Assembly: GCA_052426225.1 (NCBI GenBank)
Contig: JBNJNM010000011.1
Span: 4,526,001-4,590,000, forward strand
Reading direction: 5' to 3'
From: Zancudomyces culisetae HAW-14-8
Taxonomy: Eukaryota; Fungi; Kickxellomycota
DNA: 64,000 bases
The translations under genes were made by a program, and so were the position numbers. A model generated the notes under the pieces. It saw only the letters and a list, made by a program, of their open reading frames with translations. It was not told where the DNA came from and searched no databases. Below, in pieces: positions 13,001 through 24,799 of this stretch (position 1 is the first letter of the stretch; each line of letters starts with the position of its first letter).

Positions 13001-14298
13001 TATTACTATCTCAGCGTAGGCGGTGGATAAACTCCACAGTACACAACCTATTTGAACTAGTCTTGGTTAATGACTTGTGCGGAACATTCTGTTTTTCGAT
13101 GCAGTTCATCATATTTATGGAACTTGTTGGAACGCTGGTCCTTCCTGCAGCAATATCGTTTACTATATATTTAATAGTTATCTCCTTTTTTGTAAATCCA
13201 GTTCCGTGGATTCCGCTATTTTTGTTAGCCGCTATATTAGGACTACCAGCAGTACTCATAGGGCTCACAACCAAAAAAGTGGTATATATAGGATGGATGC
13301 TTGTATATCTAGCATCGCTGGTAATATGGAATTTTGTATTACCAGTATACGCTTACTGGCATTTTGATGATTTTAGCTGGGGCGAAACAAGAAAAGTGGA
13401 AGGAGAAACCAGCAAACAGAAATCAGGAGGTCACATAGGTGGAGGAGAAGGTGATACAGGACTGGACCATTCAAAGATAGTTATGAAAAGGTGGTGTGAC
13501 TTTTTGGCAGAAAAGAAAGCTCAACTAACCGAGATTTTAGAAAAAGAACATAAGCAGGGAAAAAAGAATAAAAGCACAAGTACCTCCGAAGAAAAGACTG
13601 TAGCTATAGCTATAATGGATATGTTGGCCGCAGAAAGGCATAAAACAATGGTGATAAACAGCAATCATTCAAGTTTGGAAAACTATAGCGAAGTGTATGA
13701 GGAAAACGAGGTGTGTATCAGCAAGATGCGAGATATGGCCCTTTATACTAGTAACGAAGCAGTGAAAAGGGGCATAGAACAAATTGAACATTTGGGATAT
13801 TATCCGCCACATGTGGTATGGAGAAGCATAATAGACGCCAGTACATACAGCTTAAGAGAGGAGCTATTGGGAGGCAACAGAAGTGGATCATTATCAGCAA
13901 ACCTAGCGCCTATCCAACACAGAATGAGCATGGATGTTGGTTTGGGAGGCAAAAAAGTGCTAAGGCCAATAACACCGAAATCAGTGTACAGCTACGAGGG
14001 ATCACCTATTGGGTCAGGCTACCAAAACAGCAACACCAGCGTGCATGGATTTGGAAGTGGAAATGGAAGCGGAAATGGAAGCGGAAACGCGAGTGGTAGT
14101 GAATACAAGAAAAGCAACAACAACTATCTAAATACAAAGAGCCGGAGAAGCCTATTTACACAATCAAAAATGTACACACGACTTCAGATAAAAGAGCGAA
14201 TGCATGATATGCAAGAGTTGGAGATTCAGCAGCAAAGAAAAGGAAATACTGGTGGTCGAACCAAGTCGGAGTATTTCGCAGGAGCCTCACAGCTCTAG
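10049..14298 (+). CDS. CHS3: Chitin synthase, class IV (Chs3-like, GT2); exons 10049-10079, 10183-10230, then from 10406/10415/10433 to 14298
   Basis: Motifs AWREK, a cytochrome-b5-like region, TCYSEG, KPGNRGKRDSQ, MVDADT, LPGCF, LLGEDRYL, SQRRRWINST, WHFDDFSWG. The ORF-track start is a TTG. The upstream ATG exon (donor GTAAGC) and a 48-nt phase-1 exon (TTAG/GTAAAA) splice in frame. Confidence 0.95.
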
Positions 14299-14588
14299 GG
14301 GAAAGGAAAATAGAAGAGAAGAGAAGAAGAGAAGAGGGGTATACGAATAAATGGATAAGCTTGAGATCTGTATCAACCTGTTTCTACTATCCCTTACCTT
14401 AAACAATCTTATACATGTGCTTTATTTGTACTGTTTTTAGTTAAGTCGTCTTGCACTAGGCGTAAATTTTACCTATCAGCTTTTGTTTGCATTATTATTT
14501 TTTAAAGACATTTTGGTAAAACCAAAATAAAGTGTATTTGATAAAAAAAACACCAATAATAACAAAAAAGAAGAACCTATAACCAAAA

Positions 14589-16561
14589 CTACATAAGATT
14601 GGCAATAGTGGTGGTGGCTGGGACGTAGAAAAAATAGTCTATAGTAAAACCCAGAATTAACATAAGGAATACACTCAATAAAACTAGGACAGGTAAGGCA
14701 AGGGGAATGGCTGAAGAGTTTGATGTGGAATCGGGGTTAAACACGAGACTTGTAAGCAGAGTGCTGAGGTTAGAGGAAAACGCGTCCATAGAAAAACGAG
14801 ATTGAACATAACCGTGTCCGTTAGCGGCAAGTTCTGAAATTGGGGGTAAAGATGAGTTATGATGGCGGCTATCAAAAAGGGAAGCGAGAACAGATGCCAC
14901 ATATTGAGGATTTGCATCAGAAGGAGGAACCAAAACGCCAGTCTTGTTATCTTTGATAGTCTCTTTTGGCCCGCCGGAACAAACGGCTACCACAGGAACG
15001 TTCATATACATACTTTCAATAGGTACGATACCAAAGTGTTCATTATGCGGAGTATATAATAGGACTTTAGAAACTGAGTAAAGATAGTTGCGAGTAATGT
15101 CTGAGAAGGAGAGCACAAAAGCAACATCAATGTTGCTAGATGCTTCATGACCACGGATTTTTCCATCTGCGATATTTTCGGTTTTTGGTTCGGATAGTAT
15201 GGTGGTGTATCTTAGGTTATTATCTTTGCAAAGAGATTGTAGCGTTGATAAATACTCAATGTTTTCGGTATTTTGTGGGTCATATCCTCCAGCAACAATC
15301 AACAGATACTTTTTGCTATCGTTATTGTCTTTATTGTCTCTGTCTCTGTCATTCCCAATAGTTTTAAGTAGATGAGAGAAGGACAATACAGCCAACTCCA
15401 GGTTTTTTTTCTTTTCAAACCGATTTATAGAAAGAATAACGTTTGCCTCGCCAGTAGCAGCGTCACTACTATTCTCGTCTTCAAGTGAGTTTATGATTCG
15501 AGAAAGTGAGCCGATTTGATAGTTCGTATCACGACTATCTCCAAGCTTAATGGATTTATAGTTTTTGTATTTTGAAAAATCTATGCCTGGGTATAGAACT
15601 TTTGGATTAAAGGCAATAAATTTCGTAAACTGACTCATTACAACACCTTGTGTGAATTTTGAATTTACGGCAACAAAATCGGCCTCGCAAAGACATAATT
15701 CTTCGAGTAGATCAAACACTGTTCTATAGACTTTGTAAAATACTGAGATTGCAAAACTAAGCGTTGTTTTAATAGCGCTCCTTGAAACTTGTTGCTGTTG
15801 GTTTTGTTGATGGCCCTGTGTTAATAGTTTGTCAGGAAAATGGCAGTAAAAAAACACCTTGAAGTTTTTGATTTTTAGTAAAGGAATTGGGCATGTTATT
15901 TGGTCCACAAATACAATATCGAAATCGTTGATATGTTCAAGATTCTCGTATACATCATTATCGTTTATATCCGCTTTGTTCACATTATGGTTTATCTTGT
16001 CACTTTTATTAGATTTGTTGCTGTTGCTGCTTTTATTGATCTTGGAAGTAGCAGGCGCTCTTGTAACAGGCTCTTCGCGATCAGTTAATCGATTTTCCCA
16101 CAAAAAAGCAAAAGTTAAATGTAATGCCCTTAAAGTAGTAAACAAAATATGGAATTTGAATCTGGATCCATCGCCAAACCAGTTAAGATGAGAAGGAAAA
16201 GTGGAATTCCCGCGCACTCGAACTTCTAAGGTACCATCGATAGTTTCCTTAAAACAATGTTGTTCGTCATGATGCATTGTGTAAATCACAACCTTGTGTC
16301 CCAGTTTTTGAAGGCCCACAGCTGCATCAACTACTAACCTTTCTGCACCACCTATATATATATGTTCCGGGCAGCACCGTTAATTTTAGATATCGTAATT
16401 TTAGATATCGTAATTTTAGTTCAGCCAAAAAAATAAAGTAAAAGGAATTACAGTTTTTTTTTTAAAAAAAAACGAATATAGTGCCAAAGATTCTTTGGAT
16501 ACTTGCCTATTCCCAAGTTAGGATGAATAAAAGCTACCTTGAGCTTATTTTCCGATGACAT
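14589..16561 (-). CDS. ALG2: Alpha-1,3/1,6-mannosyltransferase ALG2 (GT4); exons 16561-16507 and 16351-14589
   Basis: Spliced N-terminus [22 protein letters not shown]. Motifs FYCHFPDKLL, SINRFEKKKN, AGGYD, LLYTPHNEHFGIVPIESM, SGGPKET. C-terminal TM segment. Confidence 0.95.
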
Positions 16562-16907
16562 TGCTTATTAAAATACACAGGAAGTGTAGTATATTATTCG
16601 TACTGTGTATAGTTGTTTTATAGAAACCAAAACTGATTGAAGATACTCAATTTCAGAGAAAACAAGTATACATTATATACAAAGAGAGTAATCAAGACTT
16701 TTAAATAAACTCTGAAAACTCATCAAAAAGCCAATGCTAGTCTAAATGAAACATTAAAATAGAAATAGGCACAAATCAGGCTATTTTATTTATCCAGACG
16801 ATTTGATTTGCTGTAGAAAAAAAATTACTGGCCTATGCGAAGCAATCTTTATAATGAAAAAAAAAGAAAAAATTAATGTATCAAATTACAGATAAAAATA
16901 AAAGGTG

Positions 16908-19463
16908 TTAGCGTTTAGAAAAAAGTCTAGAAAAGTCAAAAAAGTAGAAAAAGTAAATACAAAGCATAACAAACGTAACAAGGAGGAATTCATGATATTT
17001 AAGCAAAAGGTAATGGTCCGACGTGGTAGAAAGCGCGGACTGTGATATCAGCATGGGGCTTGAGTTTTCTACAAAGTGGGCAATGTATTTGGGATCAGTC
17101 AGAATTTCATTGAATTTGACTTTTGGATTGGAGAACAAATCAGAGGAAAGAAATTCGATCAGCTCAAACTTGTTGTAGGAGATGGATTCATACATTATTT
17201 GGCTATGTCTACCAGTAAATGGGTATACAAAGGACAACATATTCTGGTCCAGTGGGATGAGGTGGGAGAAAACGACAATATATGGAGGGCCAAAGGTGAA
17301 CGAAAGTTTGGCCTTGAAGTAACTTTCAAACTTGTCATGCTTGATTACCCCAAATCTAAATGCAGGATGGATCGAATCGTCTGTGGACTGAGAAGAAAGA
17401 TACCGCTTGTCAGAAACATCGCGGAAATGCGAGGCAACCATGGAAAAGTGGCGGGAGGAAATTTGATAGGTCAGGGCACTGTTGGAGTCTGCAACCAATA
17501 CAACAAAATAATCCTTATCAGTAATGTAATGTGAGGAGGGGAAATACGATTTACTTAGATCGACAACAAGAGAGTAGTGCTCCTTTGCCAGCCAGGTGGC
17601 AACACGGTTGGCGTTATCACCAGCAGCAAGATCGCGAAGAGAATCAGAATATACAAAAATTTGGGCGTCTCGCATAATAAGTAGTTGGGGTCTTGACGCA
17701 GTATAGTAGCCCGCAGATGCACCAACCAGATGACTGGCTAGATGGTAGTCTGATGAATAGAAAAACGATGACTGAATACCCAAAGAGATTGTCACATTAG
17801 CAAGAAACTCAATATTGAGCAGGTCGGTTGTGGAATCAAAATATGAAGATTCAAAGTAGATAATGGTGAGTTTTGCATCGACAAAGTTCGCATCTTTATT
17901 ATTGAGCTCTTCAAGCAAAGGGTCATCATCGCCGTCGTCGTTTTGTTTTAGTATTTTTTGTCTTAGTGCAAGGTCAGAAGGGTTGCGGAGAGCAAAGGAT
18001 GTTGTATCAATTGGTTTAATTACGTTTTCATATAAATAAGGTCCCACCGCATCCATTAGGGAAGCGACTGTGGAAAGGCTAGTACCATAGTCGGTAATGT
18101 TTCCATTGTCATTTATTACAACCTTTGGATATTTTATGGTGCTGTTGGTGACATCCTTCTCAAAAAAGCATAGATGTTGGTTCTTACTACAATTCACCTG
18201 GCCTACTTGCACCTTATTCTTCATAGCTTTGGCAAACAAGTTGTACTCATATTGGGAGTGTATATTTAAGCTACTGAAATCGTGTTCTTTATAGTATTGA
18301 ATTACCCACAGACCACGGTTGGTATTCTCGTGGTAGGTTTGAATTTGCCCACGTTCATTGATACCCTTGACTTCATATTCCACTTTGTTGATCTTGGTGG
18401 CCTCCTCAATTTGCTTTTGGTATCGGCCCGGGACACTTTGAATATATCGAAGCATTTGTGAGTACTGGTTCGCCCGCTTGTTACTCTCCAGCACTTTGCC
18501 TGAATCAATCACAAGAATAGCCGGGTATTTTCCTACTCTATACTCACGACAAATTTCTTCCTCCACTGGCTCATTCTCATACTCATCACCATTACCGTCA
18601 TACTCGTCGTCACTATCTCCATGCTCATAACCATCGTTCATCTTCTTTCCTTCGCTTTTACTCGCTTCTCCTTTTTGTTGCAATTCAATTTTGGGTGATT
18701 TTTTACGTCGGAATGTGTCACTATGCAGGCTTATTTTTGCGCAGTTGATCTGTCCTACTTTCACCCTTAATTCTTTCATCTCATCATAAACAGATTTAGT
18801 CACTCTTTCCCAGTCCTTTTTACTATCATCATCCGGGCTCTGTTGCACCTTTCCCAACCCTGTCTTTCTGTGCTGTTTATAAAATCTCACTATCCAAAAT
18901 CCCCTTTTTAGCTTTTCTTTTATATTTTTTACCTCCAAGATCTGGCTAGTTGCAAAAACATCGTTGTGTATGTCCCCAACTTCTTCCACAAATGCGTAAA
19001 ACTGTCCAAGTAACATATCTGTCTCCATCCTTTTAATCTCTTGACCTCTAACTGTTACTAATACAGTTGGATATCTCCTAATATTCTGCTGTACGCACCC
19101 AGTGGCGTTACCCTTACAATCCACATGTGCGAATTTGATCCTATAATCCCCTTTGCTCTCGTCTAACTGACCCCACTCTCTTGCAACTGCATCCCATATG
19201 GGTTTGAACCGCCTTTCCACTTCCTTTTCGCTGTTGTAATAGTATACTACCCATACGTCATCCTTAATTTGATTTTTTATAGTGTCTGCTTTATTCTCTA
19301 TGTCTATATATCCTCGGTATCCCTCTTTATGGTTCACCGTTTTATTTTCCACTACCGTCTCCTCTGCCAATGCATTACTTACAAAAGTCAACACTACCGT
19401 CAATATTAAAAGCTTTAAAAGTGCACTTATCGCTACCTTTAGCTTTTTTGTTGTTCTTGTCAT
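16908..19463 (-). CDS. Multi-thioredoxin-fold PDI/Eps1-like ER membrane protein lacking CxxC active sites
   Basis: Signal peptide. Three repeats of W(V/I)(V/I)x(Y/F)Y...(A/G)x(V/I)(D/N)C...C...YP typical of PDI a-domains, with the WCGHC position replaced (e.g. YNSEKEVERRFKPIW). C-terminal TM plus basic tail. Confidence 0.75.
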   Translation of the reverse strand: MTRTTKKLKVAISALLKLLILTVVLTFVSNALAEETVVENKTVNHKEGYRGYIDIENKADTIKNQIKDDVWVVYYYNSEKEVERRFKPIWDAVAREWGQLDESKGDYRIKFAHVDCKGNATGCVQQNIRRYPTVLVTVRGQEIKRMETDMLLGQFYAFVEEVGDIHNDVFATSQILEVKNIKEKLKRGFWIVRFYKQHRKTGLGKVQQSPDDDSKKDWERVTKSVYDEMKELRVKVGQINCAKISLHSDTFRRKKSPKIELQQKGEASKSEGKKMNDGYEHGDSDDEYDGNGDEYENEPVEEEICREYRVGKYPAILVIDSGKVLESNKRANQYSQMLRYIQSVPGRYQKQIEEATKINKVEYEVKGINERGQIQTYHENTNRGLWVIQYYKEHDFSSLNIHSQYEYNLFAKAMKNKVQVGQVNCSKNQHLCFFEKDVTNSTIKYPKVVINDNGNITDYGTSLSTVASLMDAVGPYLYENVIKPIDTTSFALRNPSDLALRQKILKQNDDGDDDPLLEELNNKDANFVDAKLTIIYFESSYFDSTTDLLNIEFLANVTISLGIQSSFFYSSDYHLASHLVGASAGYYTASRPQLLIMRDAQIFVYSDSLRDLAAGDNANRVATWLAKEHYSLVVDLSKSYFPSSHYITDKDYFVVLVADSNSALTYQISSRHFSMVASHFRDVSDKRYLSSQSTDDSIHPAFRFGVIKHDKFESYFKAKLSFTFGPPYIVVFSHLIPLDQNMLSFVYPFTGRHSQIMYESISYNKFELIEFLSSDLFSNPKVKFNEILTDPKYIAHFVENSSPMLISQSALSTTSDHYLLLKYHEFLLVTFVMLCIYFFYFFDFSRLFSKR

Positions 19464-20935
19464 TATTACCGCGTTATATTCGTTCCAATTTTCGTTAGGG
19501 TTAGCTTCTGTGTAAAAGTGTGTTTGTTCTTTCCTCTATTATACACACACACAGTTTTACGTTCGTTTAAATATACATTACTCTATCAATAAAGCTACAA
19601 ATGTGTATAAAAACCTTATATCTTCATTATATCTAAACACCTGTACTGTATGTATTGATGCAAGAGTTTAAGGTTCCCCAACTTGAAACGCAATTGAAAA
19701 AGCACAAAAAAAAATTTTTTAGCGATTATTTTCTGCTTAATTCTATTACCATGAATCAGCTTTTGGTTAGCTGATTGAATTCTTTTATCTCGAAGGGTTT
19801 TTTCTTTAGTTTACGTAGAAAATAAAGTTTCTTGAACTTTATTCCACTCGTCTAAAATAAAATGAATTTAGCTAACTGAATTGCGAGATAAATCTACAAC
19901 TTTTCATATCAAAATTTGTAATCCTGTTGCATTTTCCTCTTGCATCTTTGCTCTAGATTTGTAATTTTCAAAAATTTTAAATGATTATTGGGCTTGCAAT
20001 TTGCTAACAAAACCAGCCTTATTTTTTCTTATTTGTAATACCTGCTTTGATGAATTTCGTCAACATAGTTATTTGCCTTTCTTTACCTAATCTTTTTTTT
20101 CTGCTAGATTAGCGCAGATAATATAAAGGGTAAAATAAAAAAATAGCAAATAATTACGCCTTGCTCGAAAATAGCATCAATTATAAGACATTTCATTGTT
20201 CTTGAGGGACAATTAGCATCTTTTCTACCGCATTGGAAACGTTGCACTTTCTAATTGACTTTGGAGCTAGCTAGCTAGCCAGGAAAACGGACACAGAAGC
20301 TCATTGTTTTAAATGAAAAGCGAGAATAAATGGTGGCTTATGTTTGCACATATATCCACTACAACCATATAAGCCGACTTTCACACCAGTGCTTAATTTG
20401 ACATTTGCCTGCATTGTTAACTGTACCAGTATCTATTGTTTTAATTATTTTTTAATCCAATAAACTGATACTTTGCATATTGGTACTTGTTCAAGAACAA
20501 ACTTTATGAGTCAAACTCTCAGAGATGCCGACAACTTCATTTGCTGTTACACCATTTAACCGCATTTAGCCACATAATAATGCCAGCAGGAAGAAAAAGG
20601 TGGTGATAAATTGTCTGAAAAATCATTACCATGGTTAACTCTTGCAGAACGTTGGTTAAAATTTTCTTGTATTTTCATTTATCCGGGTTTCATCACAGCT
20701 ATTGGCAAATCTCTTTTTTTTACACATTCATATTTACACCATATCAGCCTAATTGGCTGCACTTTTGTAACAAAAACAAAAAAAATAACTGATCCCAGTT
20801 CACGTGTATTTTAGCATTTGAACCTCATGGATAATTTCCCACATTTATTGAAAAAAAAGACCATCATAATAATAATAAGAAAGCGAATCAACTACAACTT
20901 TTATTAAATTGAACTACAAGGGGTGCAAATATGGA

Positions 20936-21976
20936 TCAAAGCTTGTTTTTCATTTTGAGACCACCCGTTAAAAACTCACCAAGGTGACTGTTAACTTCCT
21001 GAGATTTCTCAACCAACACCCAATGGCCCGCACCCTGAACACTTTTAATAGTAAGGTTGGGTATGAATTTGTGCATATTCTTGGTAAATTTGGGAGGAAG
21101 CGCAATGTCATGTGAGGCCGTAATCATCAGGCATGGAATGTTGAGACGTTTTCCAACAAAGCCTGCATCGTATTCCATTTTCCAGTTGATTTCGTGAGTC
21201 TTGTAGCAGTTCAGAGGGCCGTGGAAGCCCGAATGGCTATATCCAGAGACATAGTAATCCAAAACACGCTGTGAAATCATAGGACTAAGGGTAGCCTTAG
21301 TAGCTGCGTCTGTTATTGTGCGTGTTTCAATCGGAGCAGTAAAACTAAACACGGAAGTTCTGACAAGATCCGTGTGGTACCTGAATACACTCTTAAAAAA
21401 GATTTCTTTGTTGTTGTTCAAATCTACCTCTGCACGTGCTGTCCTGAAAAATTGCTGATACGACCAGTTGGGATTCTTTTTAACAATCTGTGAAAGAGTG
21501 ATAGGAGCTGGTGGTGTTGGCGAGTATGGTGTACAGACGCTAATAACAGCAGAAACATACTCTGGATACCACATAGCTGCCCGCCATACGAAGCTGCCGC
21601 CCCAGTCATGACCCAACCACACGACACTTCTGTTATTCTCCAAGCTTATCTCCAAGTGCTCAAGAAGCTTGACAAGATCTGTTGCGAGTGTTTTAGCACT
21701 GTAATTTTTTGCAAGCTCTTCAGTGGTAGTGGCCTTTGGTGCACTCGATTGTCCATATCCGCGTACATCAGGTACGATTACACGGTATCCAAGATCCGTC
21801 AAGTATTTTATTTGGTTTCTCCACCCAAACCACAGGTCTGGGAATCCATGCACACAAATTATTACATTCTCGTCTCCCTTACTTGTTTTATCTCTTCTCT
21901 CATCGACATAATGAATTGTTACTCCATTAACGGATGCAAAGCAGTGATTAAATGACTGTGGGTCTTCAGGATTCAT
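20936..21976 (-). CDS. Soluble epoxide hydrolase (alpha/beta hydrolase)
   Basis: HGFP oxyanion motif, PDVRGYGQS, GHDWGG nucleophile Asp, lid Tyr in SYQQFF and NCYK, HDIAL acid, GAGHWV catalytic His. Ends NKL (PTS1-like). Confidence 0.9.
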   Translation of the reverse strand: MNPEDPQSFNHCFASVNGVTIHYVDERRDKTSKGDENVIICVHGFPDLWFGWRNQIKYLTDLGYRVIVPDVRGYGQSSAPKATTTEELAKNYSAKTLATDLVKLLEHLEISLENNRSVVWLGHDWGGSFVWRAAMWYPEYVSAVISVCTPYSPTPPAPITLSQIVKKNPNWSYQQFFRTARAEVDLNNNKEIFFKSVFRYHTDLVRTSVFSFTAPIETRTITDAATKATLSPMISQRVLDYYVSGYSHSGFHGPLNCYKTHEINWKMEYDAGFVGKRLNIPCLMITASHDIALPPKFTKNMHKFIPNLTIKSVQGAGHWVLVEKSQEVNSHLGEFLTGGLKMKNKL

Positions 21977-23455
21977 TTCTTTGAATGGTATGATAACTGT
22001 AATATTTGTATTTCAGGTGGTTGACTATCCTTTTTTTGATTCTAACCTTGCTCGACACTGCTAGCTCTTTTATATTACTAACACGGATTTTTTTTTTGGT
22101 TTTTAACTGCCTCAAGATGGATATGCTATCCTTCTAAAATATTTGATAGAGTATTGATGTTGATTTTGCTGCGTTTTTAGCTCGGAGTTCAATCCTATAT
22201 GTTGAAATATTCGGATGTGTGGTGAGTGAAGGGAGCAAACTACGCACATTTTATTTTAAAACATTAAAGGAAACGAATATGAATATGAATATGGAGAAAA
22301 ATCGATGTGAAAATTACCCATACAAAAATGCATTTTGTTGAGTATCACATGTACTAAGTGTTACAGGAGCTATGATGAACATTACAATAGATTATATAAT
22401 TGTTGTTTCAGTTGTTGTTTAGTGGATATAGCAGACTGCTAAACCTTTAATAGTATTTTTTTAAAATATAAATATGCGAATTCATAAAACAAGCATTATG
22501 CAAATAGCCCTGCGCTTCTTTTTAAACATGAATTGCCAGCTGCTGGGTAGATATAAAATATAGGACTTGGTGAGTCTATATATGGAATTTAAAGTTCAAC
22601 TCGTTTTACCTTTTTGTTTTTTTTTCTATCATTGGGTTGTGGTAGGAGGCCAGAGTTGAATGCTTGAACGTCCTGAGTTAGGATATTGATGAATATACCC
22701 GCATTTTAAACATCAGTATCAACGATGAATTCTACACCTTGCCTTAAAAAGCTAAAAAGCTTTGACCAGTGCAAAATACACTTTATAGGCAGGGAGGGGT
22801 ATCGAGACACAATTTCTCTTTTCTTTTTTCTTTTTTTTAAAAAAAGGCGCTGGAATCGAGACTGGATATTCTAGTTCACGTATTTATCCCTCATACCATT
22901 TTTTTCTTTTTGGCCATAGTGTTCAGTATCGATAAGAAAATTAACAATGCGACTATTGTATATAGAGATTTCATATATCAAGAATTCGACAAACAGATTC
23001 AGTGATATACTACCAATCCCATAAGTATGTGAACTAAGATGTCGTGCAAAAAAAAAAGATTTTTCCAAAGCAGGTAGATATCAGTATTTGATTTGAATTA
23101 TGTGAATAACATAGCTAATTTTAACCATAATTTGTAAACTGTATTGACCAGTAAAAACAAATAACATAATTGTATCCATATTTCGACCATCCATAGATTG
23201 TTTCTGTATTTACAAGCAACCTTTATTAGAAAAATAAAATAAAAGTATTTGGTTGAAAAAATAAAGTAAACAAAGCACATAAACTTCTCAAGGGCGTAAC
23301 ACAAAAAAATTAAACGCTGAATTAGTCTCTTTGTAGATTATTCATCGCGAAATATATTAAATTAACAGTATAGTAATTAATAAACCAAATAATTTAAGCG
23401 GCAAGAGTTGATATATTTAAAATCCGAGATACAAACAACAGCCAATGTATACAAA

Positions 23456-24799
23456 ATGGAGATTCAGGATATTGAATTCAAGGTAATCAGAAAAAGAAAG
23501 GATTTTGCCTCAGAAACAGATGAAAATCAACAGATCCAACTTGCGACACGAAAGCCACGAGTCAGCAACCTGAAATGGGACACAATAAACAAACTTGGTC
23601 AGCTCAATGGCGGAATCGAGAATATAGTAGAATTTAAAAGTAGAAATCAAGACAGCAAAGTAGAAACCTCGGCAGCAGCAATCAATCAAGCCGAAGAAAA
23701 CAGGGCGGACAAAGGTGGCGCTGTAGAACAGGCGGTGAAAAATGTAAATTCATCTGTAACTCTAGAGAAAAAAAGTGGAACTGGAAGCAAAAATATACAT
23801 GGAATATTAAAAAACAAAGGTAGTAGCAACAACACTAATAATAACAACAGTAACATTAAGCGCAAAAGCGAAATAGAAAACGAGATAGTAGAAAGGAATA
23901 GCAAGGATACAAAGAGAATAAACAACACTAATCAGCTCTATGTTGAGGAGAGAAAAGAAAACAGCGAACGCGAACGCGAGGCAGCAAACAGGCGGAGAAA
24001 ATCCAGTTTGGGTACTCGAGGGATGCGGGCTAGTCAGATCGGCAATGGATATGTCGCAATGCCACATGCCAGCGTGTCGCCCGGGATGTATTACCGGCAT
24101 ATTTCTTCATCGCTGCCCGAACCACACCGACTGAAAATCCTGCTGTACTGGGCAATCAACCGGGCAGACCCGCCAAAACTCAGCAGGTCCCTGGTTAGTA
24201 CAAACACCAAGCTTGCACACCAGCTACAACGGTGTATGGATAGTATGGTTAAAGATATCGGTTGGAGCATCCAACATGGTGGTATGAACACCAGTTGGTA
24301 TAACCGCAAGGATCCCGCAGATTCCCAGCGGGCAGAGGCGGCGCGCCATCCTACAAACACATTCAACAGCTTCCGGAAAAATGTATTGATGGAGCAAATT
24401 GTAGCGCTGCGAAGCGAAGAACAGACATGGTCTAAAGTTGCCAATAGTGTCACACACACCTCTGAAGGCCTTACTCACCGACCTCCTTCCTCTTCCTCTT
24501 CCTCGTCCAGCGCTGCCTTCAGTTTTGATGCGTTTGTCAAATCGCGCGGCTTTTCCTCCTACTCTGATTTCTGCTCAAGCATAAACTCCATCGCCGAAAA
24601 TACCGAACGCTTTGTGGCTAAGCACAACTCAATCGCCACTACTTCCGCCGCACAGTTGGCTGCTGCAGTGTCATCCTATAATCACGCATCTATGACTTTA
24701 CGAACGTTGCTAAGTCCCAAACGTAGCCCCGCCGATCCACGGGATCTCTTAGTAAATCTTTCACGCAGCTTGGCAATGCCTAGCAAAACTCCAGCTTAG
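23456..24799 (+). CDS. DSN1: Kinetochore Mis12-complex subunit Mis13/DSN1
   Basis: Signature RRKSSLGTRGMRASQIGNG..MPHASV....YYRHISSSLPEPHRLKILLYW, then SWYNR and HPTN. First in-frame ATG at 23456 (the ORF track starts at TTG 23408). Confidence 0.85.
   Translation: MEIQDIEFKVIRKRKDFASETDENQQIQLATRKPRVSNLKWDTINKLGQLNGGIENIVEFKSRNQDSKVETSAAAINQAEENRADKGGAVEQAVKNVNSSVTLEKKSGTGSKNIHGILKNKGSSNNTNNNNSNIKRKSEIENEIVERNSKDTKRINNTNQLYVEERKENSEREREAANRRRKSSLGTRGMRASQIGNGYVAMPHASVSPGMYYRHISSSLPEPHRLKILLYWAINRADPPKLSRSLVSTNTKLAHQLQRCMDSMVKDIGWSIQHGGMNTSWYNRKDPADSQRAEAARHPTNTFNSFRKNVLMEQIVALRSEEQTWSKVANSVTHTSEGLTHRPPSSSSSSSSAAFSFDAFVKSRGFSSYSDFCSSINSIAENTERFVAKHNSIATTSAAQLAAAVSSYNHASMTLRTLLSPKRSPADPRDLLVNLSRSLAMPSKTPA

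Noticed and set aside
22795-22870. Two ATCGAGAC copies, one resembling a tRNA B-box followed by a T-run on the minus strand
   Set aside because: No cloverleaf or A-box.
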